Of a stretch of 64,000 bases of DNA, positions 19,935-28,919 are shown piece after piece. A program made the translations under genes and the position numbers. The notes under the pieces were generated by a model, which saw nothing but the letters and a program-made list of their open reading frames with translations, was not told the origin of the DNA and made no database searches. Numbering within the stretch: position 1 is the first letter of the stretch; every line of letters starts with the position of its first letter. The DNA comes from Thermoproteota archaeon (lineage in GTDB: Archaea > Thermoproteota > Thermoprotei > Thermofilales > B9-G17), in contig JAPDJW010000001.1 in the NCBI GenBank assembly GCA_029258885.1, positions 36,089 to 100,088 of the forward strand, written 5' to 3'.

Positions 19935-21640
19935 AGCTTTTTCCTCTTCATATTAATGATCAGTAGGACTAGCGGTATAAGGGAAATAAGCACTCCGATA
20001 ACGATCGATGCATATATTAGATTCCATGGCAGAGGGAGATATCTTATCTTTACGGCGAATATCTTAGACGTTGCACCACCAATAACTTTGCCGTCAGATA
20101 GTATTTTGACTAATACCGTATGTTCGCCTTCCTCCACCTTAATTGATACAGTCTCCGAAAATTCTCCGCTTATATCGGATGATTTAATCTCTTCTTCATC
20201 TACGTATATGTATAGTTTAGATGGAACTTCAACGTTCCCATTTACTAAAATAGTTGATTCTGCATAGCTATCCGTAAGCTCTATCACGCTGGGGGATATG
20301 CTTACTTTAAGCGAAACCTTTGGTGCAAAGAAGTAATTCAAAGTTTTGCCCTTAAAGCTTTCTGGAATAGGTAGGCCTAGGAATTCGCATATCGTTGGAG
20401 CAACGTCAACTATGGACACTATCTCGTTACTATATGTCAATTTACTAGATATTACCCCACCGAGCATAAACATGAAAATCTTTTGCGTTGATACGCCACC
20501 GTGAGCTCCCTCATTAGGATATGAGAACTGGTATCCATTTTTGAGGGATACGAAGATATCTCCTGCAAACGGGGAATTTAACCCTACATCTTCTAATGTT
20601 CCATTCACGCTGTTGATGGGACTTATAGAGTAGATAGCATCCGCCAAATTACTTTTAAGAATTAACTTTACGGCTTTTTCCAAATCTCTTTTGTCCTTCA
20701 GATATATGAAGGCGGCAGTACCTCCAGTGTCAATTAAGTAGTGCCTTATTCCGGTTAGTACTCCCCAGTGATGTTTATCCTTGGATGGAAGGAGCATTTT
20801 GCTTGGTTTTGTATCACTCATTCCATGGTCAGCTAATACGAACATGAGCGTATTGTTCCATAATCCTTCAGCTTTAATAATATCAACTAATGATAGAACT
20901 TGTTGGAACGCATGTCTCGCTACAAGATAATATTCCTCACTTTCCGGACCACAGGCATGTCCAGTCCAGTCTAAAGCAGGAAGATTGACTATCACTAATG
21001 CATACTCTCCTGAATGTATAAGCTCCGACCAGGATCGTATGACTGAGATAGTTTCATTTATTATCCATTCATCCTGCCTATATCTAGCTTCTATAGGTAG
21101 GTTTGGGTCATAGACGCCATAAGCCAGTTCTGACGGAAGAATTTTAAGGACGTCAGCTACCTGATTTAATCCCATCATGACTTTCAGCTTCTCTTTACCT
21201 ACTATAAGTGCTGTCAATACTCCGTTTTCTCTGGCTACCTCCACTATACTCTCAGACATTATCTGATCATACCAGCTAACGGTCTTAGGGATATCTTCTT
21301 TCGTTACATGATACTCTTCTCTATCAACAGCATAGGTATACACTACTCCGCTTACATTAGGATACGTTCCGTAGGCTAACGCTGTATGTGCAGGAGTAGT
21401 AGCCGAGGGGAGGACAGTATATGCATTACTAAAGTATATTCCATAATTCTTTAGTAGGTTAAATTCCTCAAGTCCATTTACAATGGATATTTCAGCTCCA
21501 TCTACAACAATTATTAAAGCTAACCTACCTAGACATATTGAGTGCTGGGGCTCCGTGAAGGTTAGTGGTACATAATATAGCACGTATGACAGCACTAAAA
21601 GTATAAGGAGGCTTGTTTTCCTGACAATTTTCAGTCTCAT
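19931..21640 (-). CDS. membrane-anchored alkaline-phosphatase-superfamily enzyme (nucleotide pyrophosphatase/phosphodiesterase-like)
   Basis: N-terminal signal helix. VVDGA...PSATTPAHTA (metal/nucleophile Thr region), DWTGHACGP and LADHGM motifs of type I phosphodiesterase/AP superfamily. C-terminal TM anchor plus KRKKL. Confidence 0.65.
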   Translation of the reverse strand: MRLKIVRKTSLLILLVLSYVLYYVPLTFTEPQHSICLGRLALIIVVDGAEISIVNGLEEFNLLKNYGIYFSNAYTVLPSATTPAHTALAYGTYPNVSGVVYTYAVDREEYHVTKEDIPKTVSWYDQIMSESIVEVARENGVLTALIVGKEKLKVMMGLNQVADVLKILPSELAYGVYDPNLPIEARYRQDEWIINETISVIRSWSELIHSGEYALVIVNLPALDWTGHACGPESEEYYLVARHAFQQVLSLVDIIKAEGLWNNTLMFVLADHGMSDTKPSKMLLPSKDKHHWGVLTGIRHYLIDTGGTAAFIYLKDKRDLEKAVKLILKSNLADAIYSISPINSVNGTLEDVGLNSPFAGDIFVSLKNGYQFSYPNEGAHGGVSTQKIFMFMLGGVISSKLTYSNEIVSIVDVAPTICEFLGLPIPESFKGKTLNYFFAPKVSLKVSISPSVIELTDSYAESTILVNGNVEVPSKLYIYVDEEEIKSSDISGEFSETVSIKVEEGEHTVLVKILSDGKVIGGATSKIFAVKIRYLPLPWNLIYASIVIGVLISLIPLVLLIINMKRKKL

Positions 21641-21759
21641 GCGAAAATACTAACCTTATGCGCTTATATAACTTACCACGGACGTGTTTTCCATGGGAAT
21701 GTTTAATATAGACTAAGTGTAAGAATACGTAAGAGGTTCGTTTCATATGTTAAGAGCGC

Positions 21760-23514
21760 TTGGAGGCGATATTGTTGCCTTTAGTTGAGATCAAGAACCT
21801 AAGCTTTCGATATCATGGACACGAAAATTATGTGCTTAAGAATATTAATTTAGATGTTCATGCGGGTGAATTTATACTCATAATAGGACCTAGTGGTGGA
21901 GGTAAGTCCACGTTAGTAAATTGTATAAACGGTATAATACCTCACGTTATAGAGGGAGTTAAGAAGGGTAAGGTTATTGTAGACGGCTATGATGTAGATG
22001 AAACTCCAATTAAAGAGATGGCTAAAATAGTTGGCACTGTTTTTCAGAATCCAGAAACTCAGTTCTTTTCGCTTAGCGTTTTAGATGAAATAGCGTTTGC
22101 TATGGAAAACCTGAAGTTTTCTCGAGAAGAGATGGAGGAGCGAATAAATTGGGTCATTCAAGAGCTTGGTTTAGAGGGACTATTGAGAAAGGAAGTAAGC
22201 AGATTATCTGGTGGGCAGAAGCAGCTTGTCGCCATAGCATCTGTGCTAGCATTACAGCCTAAACTGTTAATATTCGATGAGCCGACAACGAACTTAGATC
22301 CTCAAGGTGCGTACGAGGTATTGAACATTATAGAAAAAATTAAGGAGTTTTATGGTAGAGCTATAATTTTAATTGAGCATAAACTTGATAAAGTTGCACC
22401 CCTTGCTGATAGGATTTGGGTTATAAGCAACGGTGAAGTAATAATCGATGATACGCCGCAGGAGGTCTTTAAGAATCCAGGTAAAATATACGAGCTAGGG
22501 CTTAAGCCACCCAGTATCGTAGAGATATCCATTCGGCTTAGAAACGAAGGTTTAATTGAACCCAGTGAATTGCCATTAACAGTTGATGAGTTCATGGACA
22601 TTATTCAAAAATACAATCTAAGAAATGTGAGTAGTAGAGATTTCACTTTTACCACAGATAGGATTACTATCAATAGTTCAGATAAACCCTTGATAGAGGT
22701 TAGAAATCTATGGCATCAATATCCTGATGGAACTGTAGCTCTGAGAGGTATTTCCCTGGACATATATAAAGGCGAATTTATTGGGATAATAGGGCCAAAT
22801 GGTTCAGGTAAATCAACGCTGGTCAGCCATTTTCTGGGTCTCTTATCTCCAAGCCATGGTTACGTGAAGATATTTGGAAGAAATGTTAGAGAGTACTCAG
22901 TGTCACAATTAAGTAAAATAGTGGGCTTTATATTTCAAAATCCTGACCTTATGCTTTTTCAAACTACTGTATGGAATGAACTAGCTTTTGGACCGAGTAA
23001 TCTAGGCTTACCGAAGAAGGAAATCGAGAGAAGAGTCAAGGAGGCATTAGCTATGATGAGGTTAGAGGGCTTTGAGGAGAGACATCCCCATGCATTGAGC
23101 AGGGGGCAAAGACATAGAGTTGCCGTAGCCTCTGTACTCACAATGTATCCTGAGATTCTGATCGCTGATGAACCGACGACTGGACAGGACTATGGCGCAT
23201 GTAGGAAATACCTGGATTTGCTGAAGAAAATGAACGAGGCTGGAAGGACCATCATTATCATAAGTCATGATATGAGCCTAATAGCTGAGTATGTTGAAAG
23301 GGTTATTATAATGGTCGATGGAAGGATATTGATCGATGGTCCGACAAGGTTAATCTTTGAGAAGGAGGACCTGTTACGTAAGGTTAGAATAGAACCTCCT
23401 CCTCCAACCCAGCTATCGCTTAGGCTTAAAGACAACGGATACGATGTTCCTGTATGTCTAACGGTCGACGAAGTACATACTGTAATTAGATCTCTATTAG
23501 CCGCCGATAAGTGA
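21760..23514 (+). CDS. duplicated ABC-transporter ATPase (ECF/CbiO-type, two fused nucleotide-binding domains)
   Basis: Two Walker A motifs (GPSGGGKST, GPNGSGKST), an LSGGQ motif in the first domain with LSRGQ at the matching position in the second, and two Walker B motifs (LLIFDEPT, ILIADEPT). Apparent TTG start. Confidence 0.85.
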   Translation: MEAILLPLVEIKNLSFRYHGHENYVLKNINLDVHAGEFILIIGPSGGGKSTLVNCINGIIPHVIEGVKKGKVIVDGYDVDETPIKEMAKIVGTVFQNPETQFFSLSVLDEIAFAMENLKFSREEMEERINWVIQELGLEGLLRKEVSRLSGGQKQLVAIASVLALQPKLLIFDEPTTNLDPQGAYEVLNIIEKIKEFYGRAIILIEHKLDKVAPLADRIWVISNGEVIIDDTPQEVFKNPGKIYELGLKPPSIVEISIRLRNEGLIEPSELPLTVDEFMDIIQKYNLRNVSSRDFTFTTDRITINSSDKPLIEVRNLWHQYPDGTVALRGISLDIYKGEFIGIIGPNGSGKSTLVSHFLGLLSPSHGYVKIFGRNVREYSVSQLSKIVGFIFQNPDLMLFQTTVWNELAFGPSNLGLPKKEIERRVKEALAMMRLEGFEERHPHALSRGQRHRVAVASVLTMYPEILIADEPTTGQDYGACRKYLDLLKKMNEAGRTIIIISHDMSLIAEYVERVIIMVDGRILIDGPTRLIFEKEDLLRKVRIEPPPPTQLSLRLKDNGYDVPVCLTVDEVHTVIRSLLAADK

Positions 23515-24525
23515 GTAGTATAATTTTAGATACTTACGGAATACTTTCTCCCAATTATAATATCTAACTACTTTCTCCTTGGCTTTGTCTGCTAGCGACT
23601 GTGCAATTTTCCTATTATTTACGAGAAATATTATATCTTTAATGAGTTCTTTTTCATCGCCGGGTGATACTAGCAATCCTGTTACTCCGTCCTCTATAAG
23701 CTCAGTGTTTCCGCCTACCCTGCTGGCAATTACTGGAGTTCCACAAGCCATTGCTTCGAGCAATGCGGTACTTAGGCCTTCGTACCTTGACGGTAAAATG
23801 AATACGTCTGCTCCCTTTATAAGCCTCAGGGCTTTCTCTCTTTCCACTTTCCCTAAAAAATGTATATTTTTATAGTGGCCGAATTGTTTTCTTAAATATG
23901 GAAGTAGGGGGCCATCACCTACTATTAGCAAATCGATATCCTTTAGCTTGGTGAACGCCTTAACTAAGATATCTACGCCTTTTTCTCTGGATATTCTGCC
24001 GACGTAAATTGCCTGTTTCTCATAAATCTTATCGCCTTTTAGGGGTATTATATCTAGATTTATTGCATTTGGAATATATGTAACCTTATCCGTATATAGT
24101 CTATAGTGTTTATATGCAGTCTTACTAACAACGGTAACATAATTCACTATCCTTACGCTAGCTTTTTCATAGATGTTTGATAGACGGCTTACGAGCGGAC
24201 CATGTAATTTTTCTACACTTTTGCTATAAACTCCATGTATCGTGAGAATGCGTTTTCCTCTAAAAAATCGTGTAGAAACAGCTGTAACCGTTCCGTGCGC
24301 ATGTATAATATCGTATTTTGGCTTAGTGTATATTAATCCCTTTAATGAACTGGAGATAACGAATGACACGTTTTTTAAGTTCCTAACATTTACGTATGGT
24401 GTATTTTCGCTGGAAATATAATCTACCATGAACCCCCTATTTTTCAGCCTACAATATAGTTCCTGTACGTGTTGAGCTACACCTCCTATCCCCGAAATTT
24501 TCGGAGTTATTAATAATATTTTCAT
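23497..24525 (-). CDS. GT4-family glycosyltransferase
   Basis: GGV..HV N-terminal motif and the C-terminal E-x7-E region (PSRYEGLSTALLEAMACGTPVIASRVGGNTELIEDGVTG). Confidence 0.85.
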   Translation of the reverse strand: MKILLITPKISGIGGVAQHVQELYCRLKNRGFMVDYISSENTPYVNVRNLKNVSFVISSSLKGLIYTKPKYDIIHAHGTVTAVSTRFFRGKRILTIHGVYSKSVEKLHGPLVSRLSNIYEKASVRIVNYVTVVSKTAYKHYRLYTDKVTYIPNAINLDIIPLKGDKIYEKQAIYVGRISREKGVDILVKAFTKLKDIDLLIVGDGPLLPYLRKQFGHYKNIHFLGKVEREKALRLIKGADVFILPSRYEGLSTALLEAMACGTPVIASRVGGNTELIEDGVTGLLVSPGDEKELIKDIIFLVNNRKIAQSLADKAKEKVVRYYNWEKVFRKYLKLYYSLIGG

Positions 24526-24545
24526 TGGAGTCCGAAGTTATCTTA

Positions 24546-25916
24546 TTATCTAACTAATATAGGTTTTTCCTTCTCAATCTTTATTATCCTATTATGTATG
24601 GATTCAAAGAGCGCTAGCTCGGATTCCTCGTGAACCTTATGATTGATGAGTGTTATTACAAGAGTTTTTTCGGGGAGATTTTCATATATATGTTGGATAA
24701 ATTTAAATACCGTTAGGACACCTGAGGCTAAAACCAATTGTGTAATGTCTTCTATAACCAGTATCTGTGGTTGTTCACGGTATCTTTTAACGTTTTCTAG
24801 AATGCTATATGAAAGAAGCGATAAGTTTGTCATGGATATTACATGTGGAATTTCCGAGGAAGGTAGTCTAGCCATCAGTATAACACTGAGATGTAAACGT
24901 CCTAGTTTATGAATCCAGCTTCTAAGTCGGCTTGTGACTGGTAGTACCACTACACGGTTCGCGAAGATTTCTTGCTTTAAAATTGAGGAAATTAACTGTT
25001 CGTAGGGTTCTTTTGGATCGTATTCAATTAATACTTTTTCGAAGTTATTTATCTCTATTTTGCCTATGCTAATTTTTACGGTAGCTCTTGTAGCGGGGCT
25101 TATTTGTGTAGGTACTTCATAAACATAAGATAGTTTCTCGCTAATTAACGTCTTAGCATAGAGGAACGCTATGTATACAATTGTAGCGAGAAAGAACGTG
25201 TTCATGGCAGGATATATATTGTACTCAGTTAATGATGCCATATACATGCCGACTAAGCCCACTATCGATTGAATAAGAATTGCTACTATGAGTCTCTTTA
25301 CAAAAATGAAGAGTCTAGGATTTAATAAAATTGACGTGAAGTCCTTAATTTTCTTAGATAGCATAAAGAGTGGAATCAGCCCCAGCGAGACAACTATAAG
25401 GTATAGGTAGTTGTATCTGGGCTGTAGATACTCTTGCCCCACTAGAGGATCAACAACCTTTTCATACCAGCTTACTGGAAGAAGCCACGTTACCAGTATG
25501 AGGGATAACATATAGTATAGGCACAAGGAAGGAAGGAAGTATCTCCAAGATAAAATATATTTTAGTGCCTCTGAAAGGTTCCACCTAACTTCTAAACAGA
25601 CAGCTAGGATAGCTATTATGATCCATGCCGAGTAAAAGATTGTCAATGCAATCATTCCGGGAGTACTCTTACCCCCTATTGAGACAGATAATGTTGTATG
25701 ATGGGGGTCGAAATATATGATGTATATATAAATTAAGTTTAATAGTCCGAGTCCTATTGTAATGATTGAGCTTAGGGCTATGGTTAAAGTAGTTAATGCT
25801 TTAGGTTCTGCATGTCTATACCCGTAGTATAGGTGTATTACTAGCATTAGGTAAAACATAAACACTATCTCAATGACTATCTGTATTATCTTTACGGCTA
25901 TAATTTCATATTCCAC
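24546..25916 (-). CDS. polytopic membrane protein with C-terminal P-loop-less RecA/KaiC-like (DUF835-type) domain, paralog A
   Basis: 456 aa: ~270 aa with ~8-9 TM helices, then a soluble domain carrying VLIEYDP, ILVIEDITQL (Walker-B-like) and LVITLINH. Paralogous to the adjacent gene. Confidence 0.5.
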   Translation of the reverse strand: MEYEIIAVKIIQIVIEIVFMFYLMLVIHLYYGYRHAEPKALTTLTIALSSIITIGLGLLNLIYIYIIYFDPHHTTLSVSIGGKSTPGMIALTIFYSAWIIIAILAVCLEVRWNLSEALKYILSWRYFLPSLCLYYMLSLILVTWLLPVSWYEKVVDPLVGQEYLQPRYNYLYLIVVSLGLIPLFMLSKKIKDFTSILLNPRLFIFVKRLIVAILIQSIVGLVGMYMASLTEYNIYPAMNTFFLATIVYIAFLYAKTLISEKLSYVYEVPTQISPATRATVKISIGKIEINNFEKVLIEYDPKEPYEQLISSILKQEIFANRVVVLPVTSRLRSWIHKLGRLHLSVILMARLPSSEIPHVISMTNLSLLSYSILENVKRYREQPQILVIEDITQLVLASGVLTVFKFIQHIYENLPEKTLVITLINHKVHEESELALFESIHNRIIKIEKEKPILVR

Positions 25917-25962
25917 GCTTGGTACACCTATATTATTAATTTTTAGATATGTTTCCTTAATA

Positions 25963-27354
25963 TTAACTTTCTCTATACGGTGTAATAACTATCTTTAATT
26001 TTCTCGGTTTTAGGAGGTAGTAATCTTTCTCTATTCTCAATACTTTGCCGAACATTTCCTCTATCAATTCGAGTTCCTCCTCTCTATGATACATATAGTT
26101 AACTAATGCTATCATTAGTGATTCTCTAATATTTTGGCTTAAGTATAATATGAAGTCCTTTACTCTTTCATAGCCATTATATATGATCAGGTTTGTAAGA
26201 TCATCTATGATGATCACCGTGTGAAGGTTATGTAAAACTACGTACTTTACTAGCAGACTTGCCAGAAGGGATAAATCTGTTACGGAAATATCTGTACTGC
26301 TACCTTTCTTAGTTTTTACAAAGATATCTACGTAACAGTAACCCTTTTCCTTAAGCTTCTTTAATTCTCCTGCAAGGTTACTATAGTTTCTCGATACGAG
26401 AATTATTAAGGATGTATCGATGAAGTTTTCTACGATAAGTTTTATGAAACGGAGGTAGTTTACTCTGGGGTTATACTCTATCAGTATTCTGTCGTTGGCA
26501 TTTAGTTCGATATTTCCAATTTTATACCTTGTTTTTATTGGCTCTGTGGGTAAGGGTATAGGTTCAACGCGGCTTAATACTTCGAGTCTTCTTTGTATTG
26601 ATATAAGATATATAGCAACAGTTACTGCCGATACCAGCGTGGCTAGAGTCATGTTTACGGGAATGAAGTAACATGGCGATAACAACGCTATGAGTATTGT
26701 CGTTTGAATGAACACTATCAATATTAGCGACCTGAAGAGTTGCTGTAGGTAGTATTCGCCAATCATACGCCCGATCTTGAAAAATAGGCTTAAAATATTG
26801 AAGAGGGGCGGTATTAACATTATAGCTGCTAAAGTAATTATGGGAGAGCGTGCCCTTACAAGCGTAATCCTTAGGCCGGCAGTATCATAAAAAAAGAAGG
26901 TATATTCATCTTTAAATAAAGCCAATAAGAAGAGCTCTATTGAGATTATTGGAAATAGCAAGTAAAGATACTTTTCTAGTTTTTTCCCTAATTTTTCAGT
27001 TCCAGAAAGCCATGATCTTAACGACATAATATCCGTACAGAGTAAGGAGAGTATTACCTGCATAACTAGTATTGTAAGTAAAACAGTACTTCTAGAGTAT
27101 ATTTCTCTAATTAAAGCATCATGTATTCTTCCTAAATTTGCCGTGGCTAATATTATTGTATTGATCATTAAGTGCGTAAATCCACTCGTCAGGTTTATCG
27201 CAATAATTATCGTTATGAGATGTTCCATTGTTTTTTCCTTTATCTTATCCTTGGACATTTTTTCTATTTTAAGTAAGGTAAGTAACATAGCGGCAGAATA
27301 GAGTAGGCCTGCGATCAGGTATATCGTATGTGTATATATTATTGATAGTATCAT
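25963..27354 (-). CDS. polytopic membrane protein with C-terminal P-loop-less RecA/KaiC-like (DUF835-type) domain, paralog B
   Basis: 463 aa with the same architecture: ILIEYNP, VIIIDDLTNL, LMIALVNY, and a C-terminal ...RIEKD matching paralog A's ...KIEKE. Confidence 0.5.
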   Translation of the reverse strand: MILSIIYTHTIYLIAGLLYSAAMLLTLLKIEKMSKDKIKEKTMEHLITIIIAINLTSGFTHLMINTIILATANLGRIHDALIREIYSRSTVLLTILVMQVILSLLCTDIMSLRSWLSGTEKLGKKLEKYLYLLFPIISIELFLLALFKDEYTFFFYDTAGLRITLVRARSPIITLAAIMLIPPLFNILSLFFKIGRMIGEYYLQQLFRSLILIVFIQTTILIALLSPCYFIPVNMTLATLVSAVTVAIYLISIQRRLEVLSRVEPIPLPTEPIKTRYKIGNIELNANDRILIEYNPRVNYLRFIKLIVENFIDTSLIILVSRNYSNLAGELKKLKEKGYCYVDIFVKTKKGSSTDISVTDLSLLASLLVKYVVLHNLHTVIIIDDLTNLIIYNGYERVKDFILYLSQNIRESLMIALVNYMYHREEELELIEEMFGKVLRIEKDYYLLKPRKLKIVITPYRES

Positions 27355-27381
27355 GGTACATATGTAGTTATAGTTATTAAC

Positions 27382-27969
27382 CTATATACGTTTGCCTATG
27401 GTTTCGTGAATATAAAGAACTTTAGCATTTTCCTCCATTATCTCGGCTTTTGCATAAGCTGAGTATATATCTTCGGCTATGCATATTACTCCATGTCTTT
27501 TAAGAATTAGTGCTCCTACCATCTTATTGCGTGCTTTTTCTTCAGCTAGGCGTGCCAGTTTTAGGCTGCCTGGAGGGGCATACTCCACTACTTCTATTTT
27601 TCCCACTATTTTCTGGAACTCTGCTACTTCCTCAAGGTATTCTATTAGCCTTTCAAAGAGAGATAATGTATATGGGCTATGTGTATGAACTATTGCATGG
27701 ACATCGTTTCTTACGCTATATATAGCTAGATGCATTCGCCGCTCGCTCGAGGGAGCATGTATTCCCCATAAAACATTTCCTGAAAAATCTATTTTCACAA
27801 TGTCTGCTGGCCTTAACGACCACTTAGGTATGCCCGATGGAGTAATTAGAATTCCGTCATCCATTCTAATGCTGGCATTTCCTGTAAAACTAGAAATAAG
27901 TCCGCGAAGGTACATTCTTTTCATAACATTTACCAAGTCGAGGACGGCATCTCTATCTTTTCTTTGCAT
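27382..27969 (-). CDS. class II aldolase/adducin-family protein (fuculose-phosphate aldolase / MtnB-like)
   Basis: GNASIR, PSGIPK, the E...H.H metal ligands (SERRMHLAIY...VHTHSPY) and KRHGVICIAED. Confidence 0.75.
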   Translation of the reverse strand: MQRKDRDAVLDLVNVMKRMYLRGLISSFTGNASIRMDDGILITPSGIPKWSLRPADIVKIDFSGNVLWGIHAPSSERRMHLAIYSVRNDVHAIVHTHSPYTLSLFERLIEYLEEVAEFQKIVGKIEVVEYAPPGSLKLARLAEEKARNKMVGALILKRHGVICIAEDIYSAYAKAEIMEENAKVLYIHETIGKRI

Positions 27970-28057
27970 GTTCCACCCGCTACTATATTATCGATTAACA
28001 AGGTTAATTAGTGTTCTTACCTATTTAATAAGCTGATAGCGCTGTGATGTGAGGATT

Positions 28058-28912
28058 ATGATAGCTGTAATTCCGGTGGCTGGACTAGGTACCCGGCTGT
28101 TACCTTCGACGAAGGAGCAACCCAAGGAGATGTTGCCTGTCTTTGCAAGGAATTCAAGCGGTACCATAAGCCTTAAGCCCACAATACAAATAATATTCGA
28201 ACAACTGTTTGAATCGGGAATAAGGAATTTTCTCTTCGTAATAGGTAGGGGTAAGAGAATAATAGAAGATCACTTTACCCCGGATAGAGGCTATTTAGAG
28301 TTACTTGTCAAGAGAGGTAAAATTACGAAAGCTGAGGAGCTGAAGCAATTTTACAACATGATAGGTAGTAGCTTTATCGCTTGGGTGAACCAGGACGAGC
28401 CCCTCGGCTTCGGTGATGCGGTCCTAAGGAGTAAGCATCTAGTAGTTAATAGCGAGTTTATGGTTCATGCAGGAGATACTCTGATACTAAGCTGCCGTAA
28501 TCATATTGTGGCTTTAATCGAATGCTTCAAGGACATGCATGCTGATGCCGTATTCTACGTTAAGGAGGTGGATGATCCGAGGAAATATGGTGTAGTAATT
28601 CCTGCTGAAAAATCTGGAATAGGCGATGTTTTCAAGGTTAAGGGAGTTATTGAAAAGCCTGAGGTCCCGCCCACTAATCTAGCGATACTACCTATCTATG
28701 TCTTCAAACCACTAATATTCAAAGCTTTAGAGAGCATAGAGCCTAGCTCTAGAGGCGAGCTGGAGCTGACCGATGCCATACAAAAGTTGATAGATTGGGG
28801 CTGCAATGTGTTTGCACGAAAAATTCCTAATGGTGCTTTGTGGATTGATATAGGGACTCCTGAAACGTATTGGATAGCATTAAAGAAAACGTATGAATTA
28901 GCGAAGCAGTAG
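28058..28912 (+). CDS. sugar-1-phosphate nucleotidyltransferase (GalU/UTP-glucose-1-phosphate uridylyltransferase-like)
   Basis: AVIPVAGLGTRLLPSTKEQPKEMLPV signature. ATG at 28058 preferred over the GTG at 28049. Confidence 0.8.
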   Translation: MIAVIPVAGLGTRLLPSTKEQPKEMLPVFARNSSGTISLKPTIQIIFEQLFESGIRNFLFVIGRGKRIIEDHFTPDRGYLELLVKRGKITKAEELKQFYNMIGSSFIAWVNQDEPLGFGDAVLRSKHLVVNSEFMVHAGDTLILSCRNHIVALIECFKDMHADAVFYVKEVDDPRKYGVVIPAEKSGIGDVFKVKGVIEKPEVPPTNLAILPIYVFKPLIFKALESIEPSSRGELELTDAIQKLIDWGCNVFARKIPNGALWIDIGTPETYWIALKKTYELAKQ

Positions 28913-28919
28913 TCAGCTT

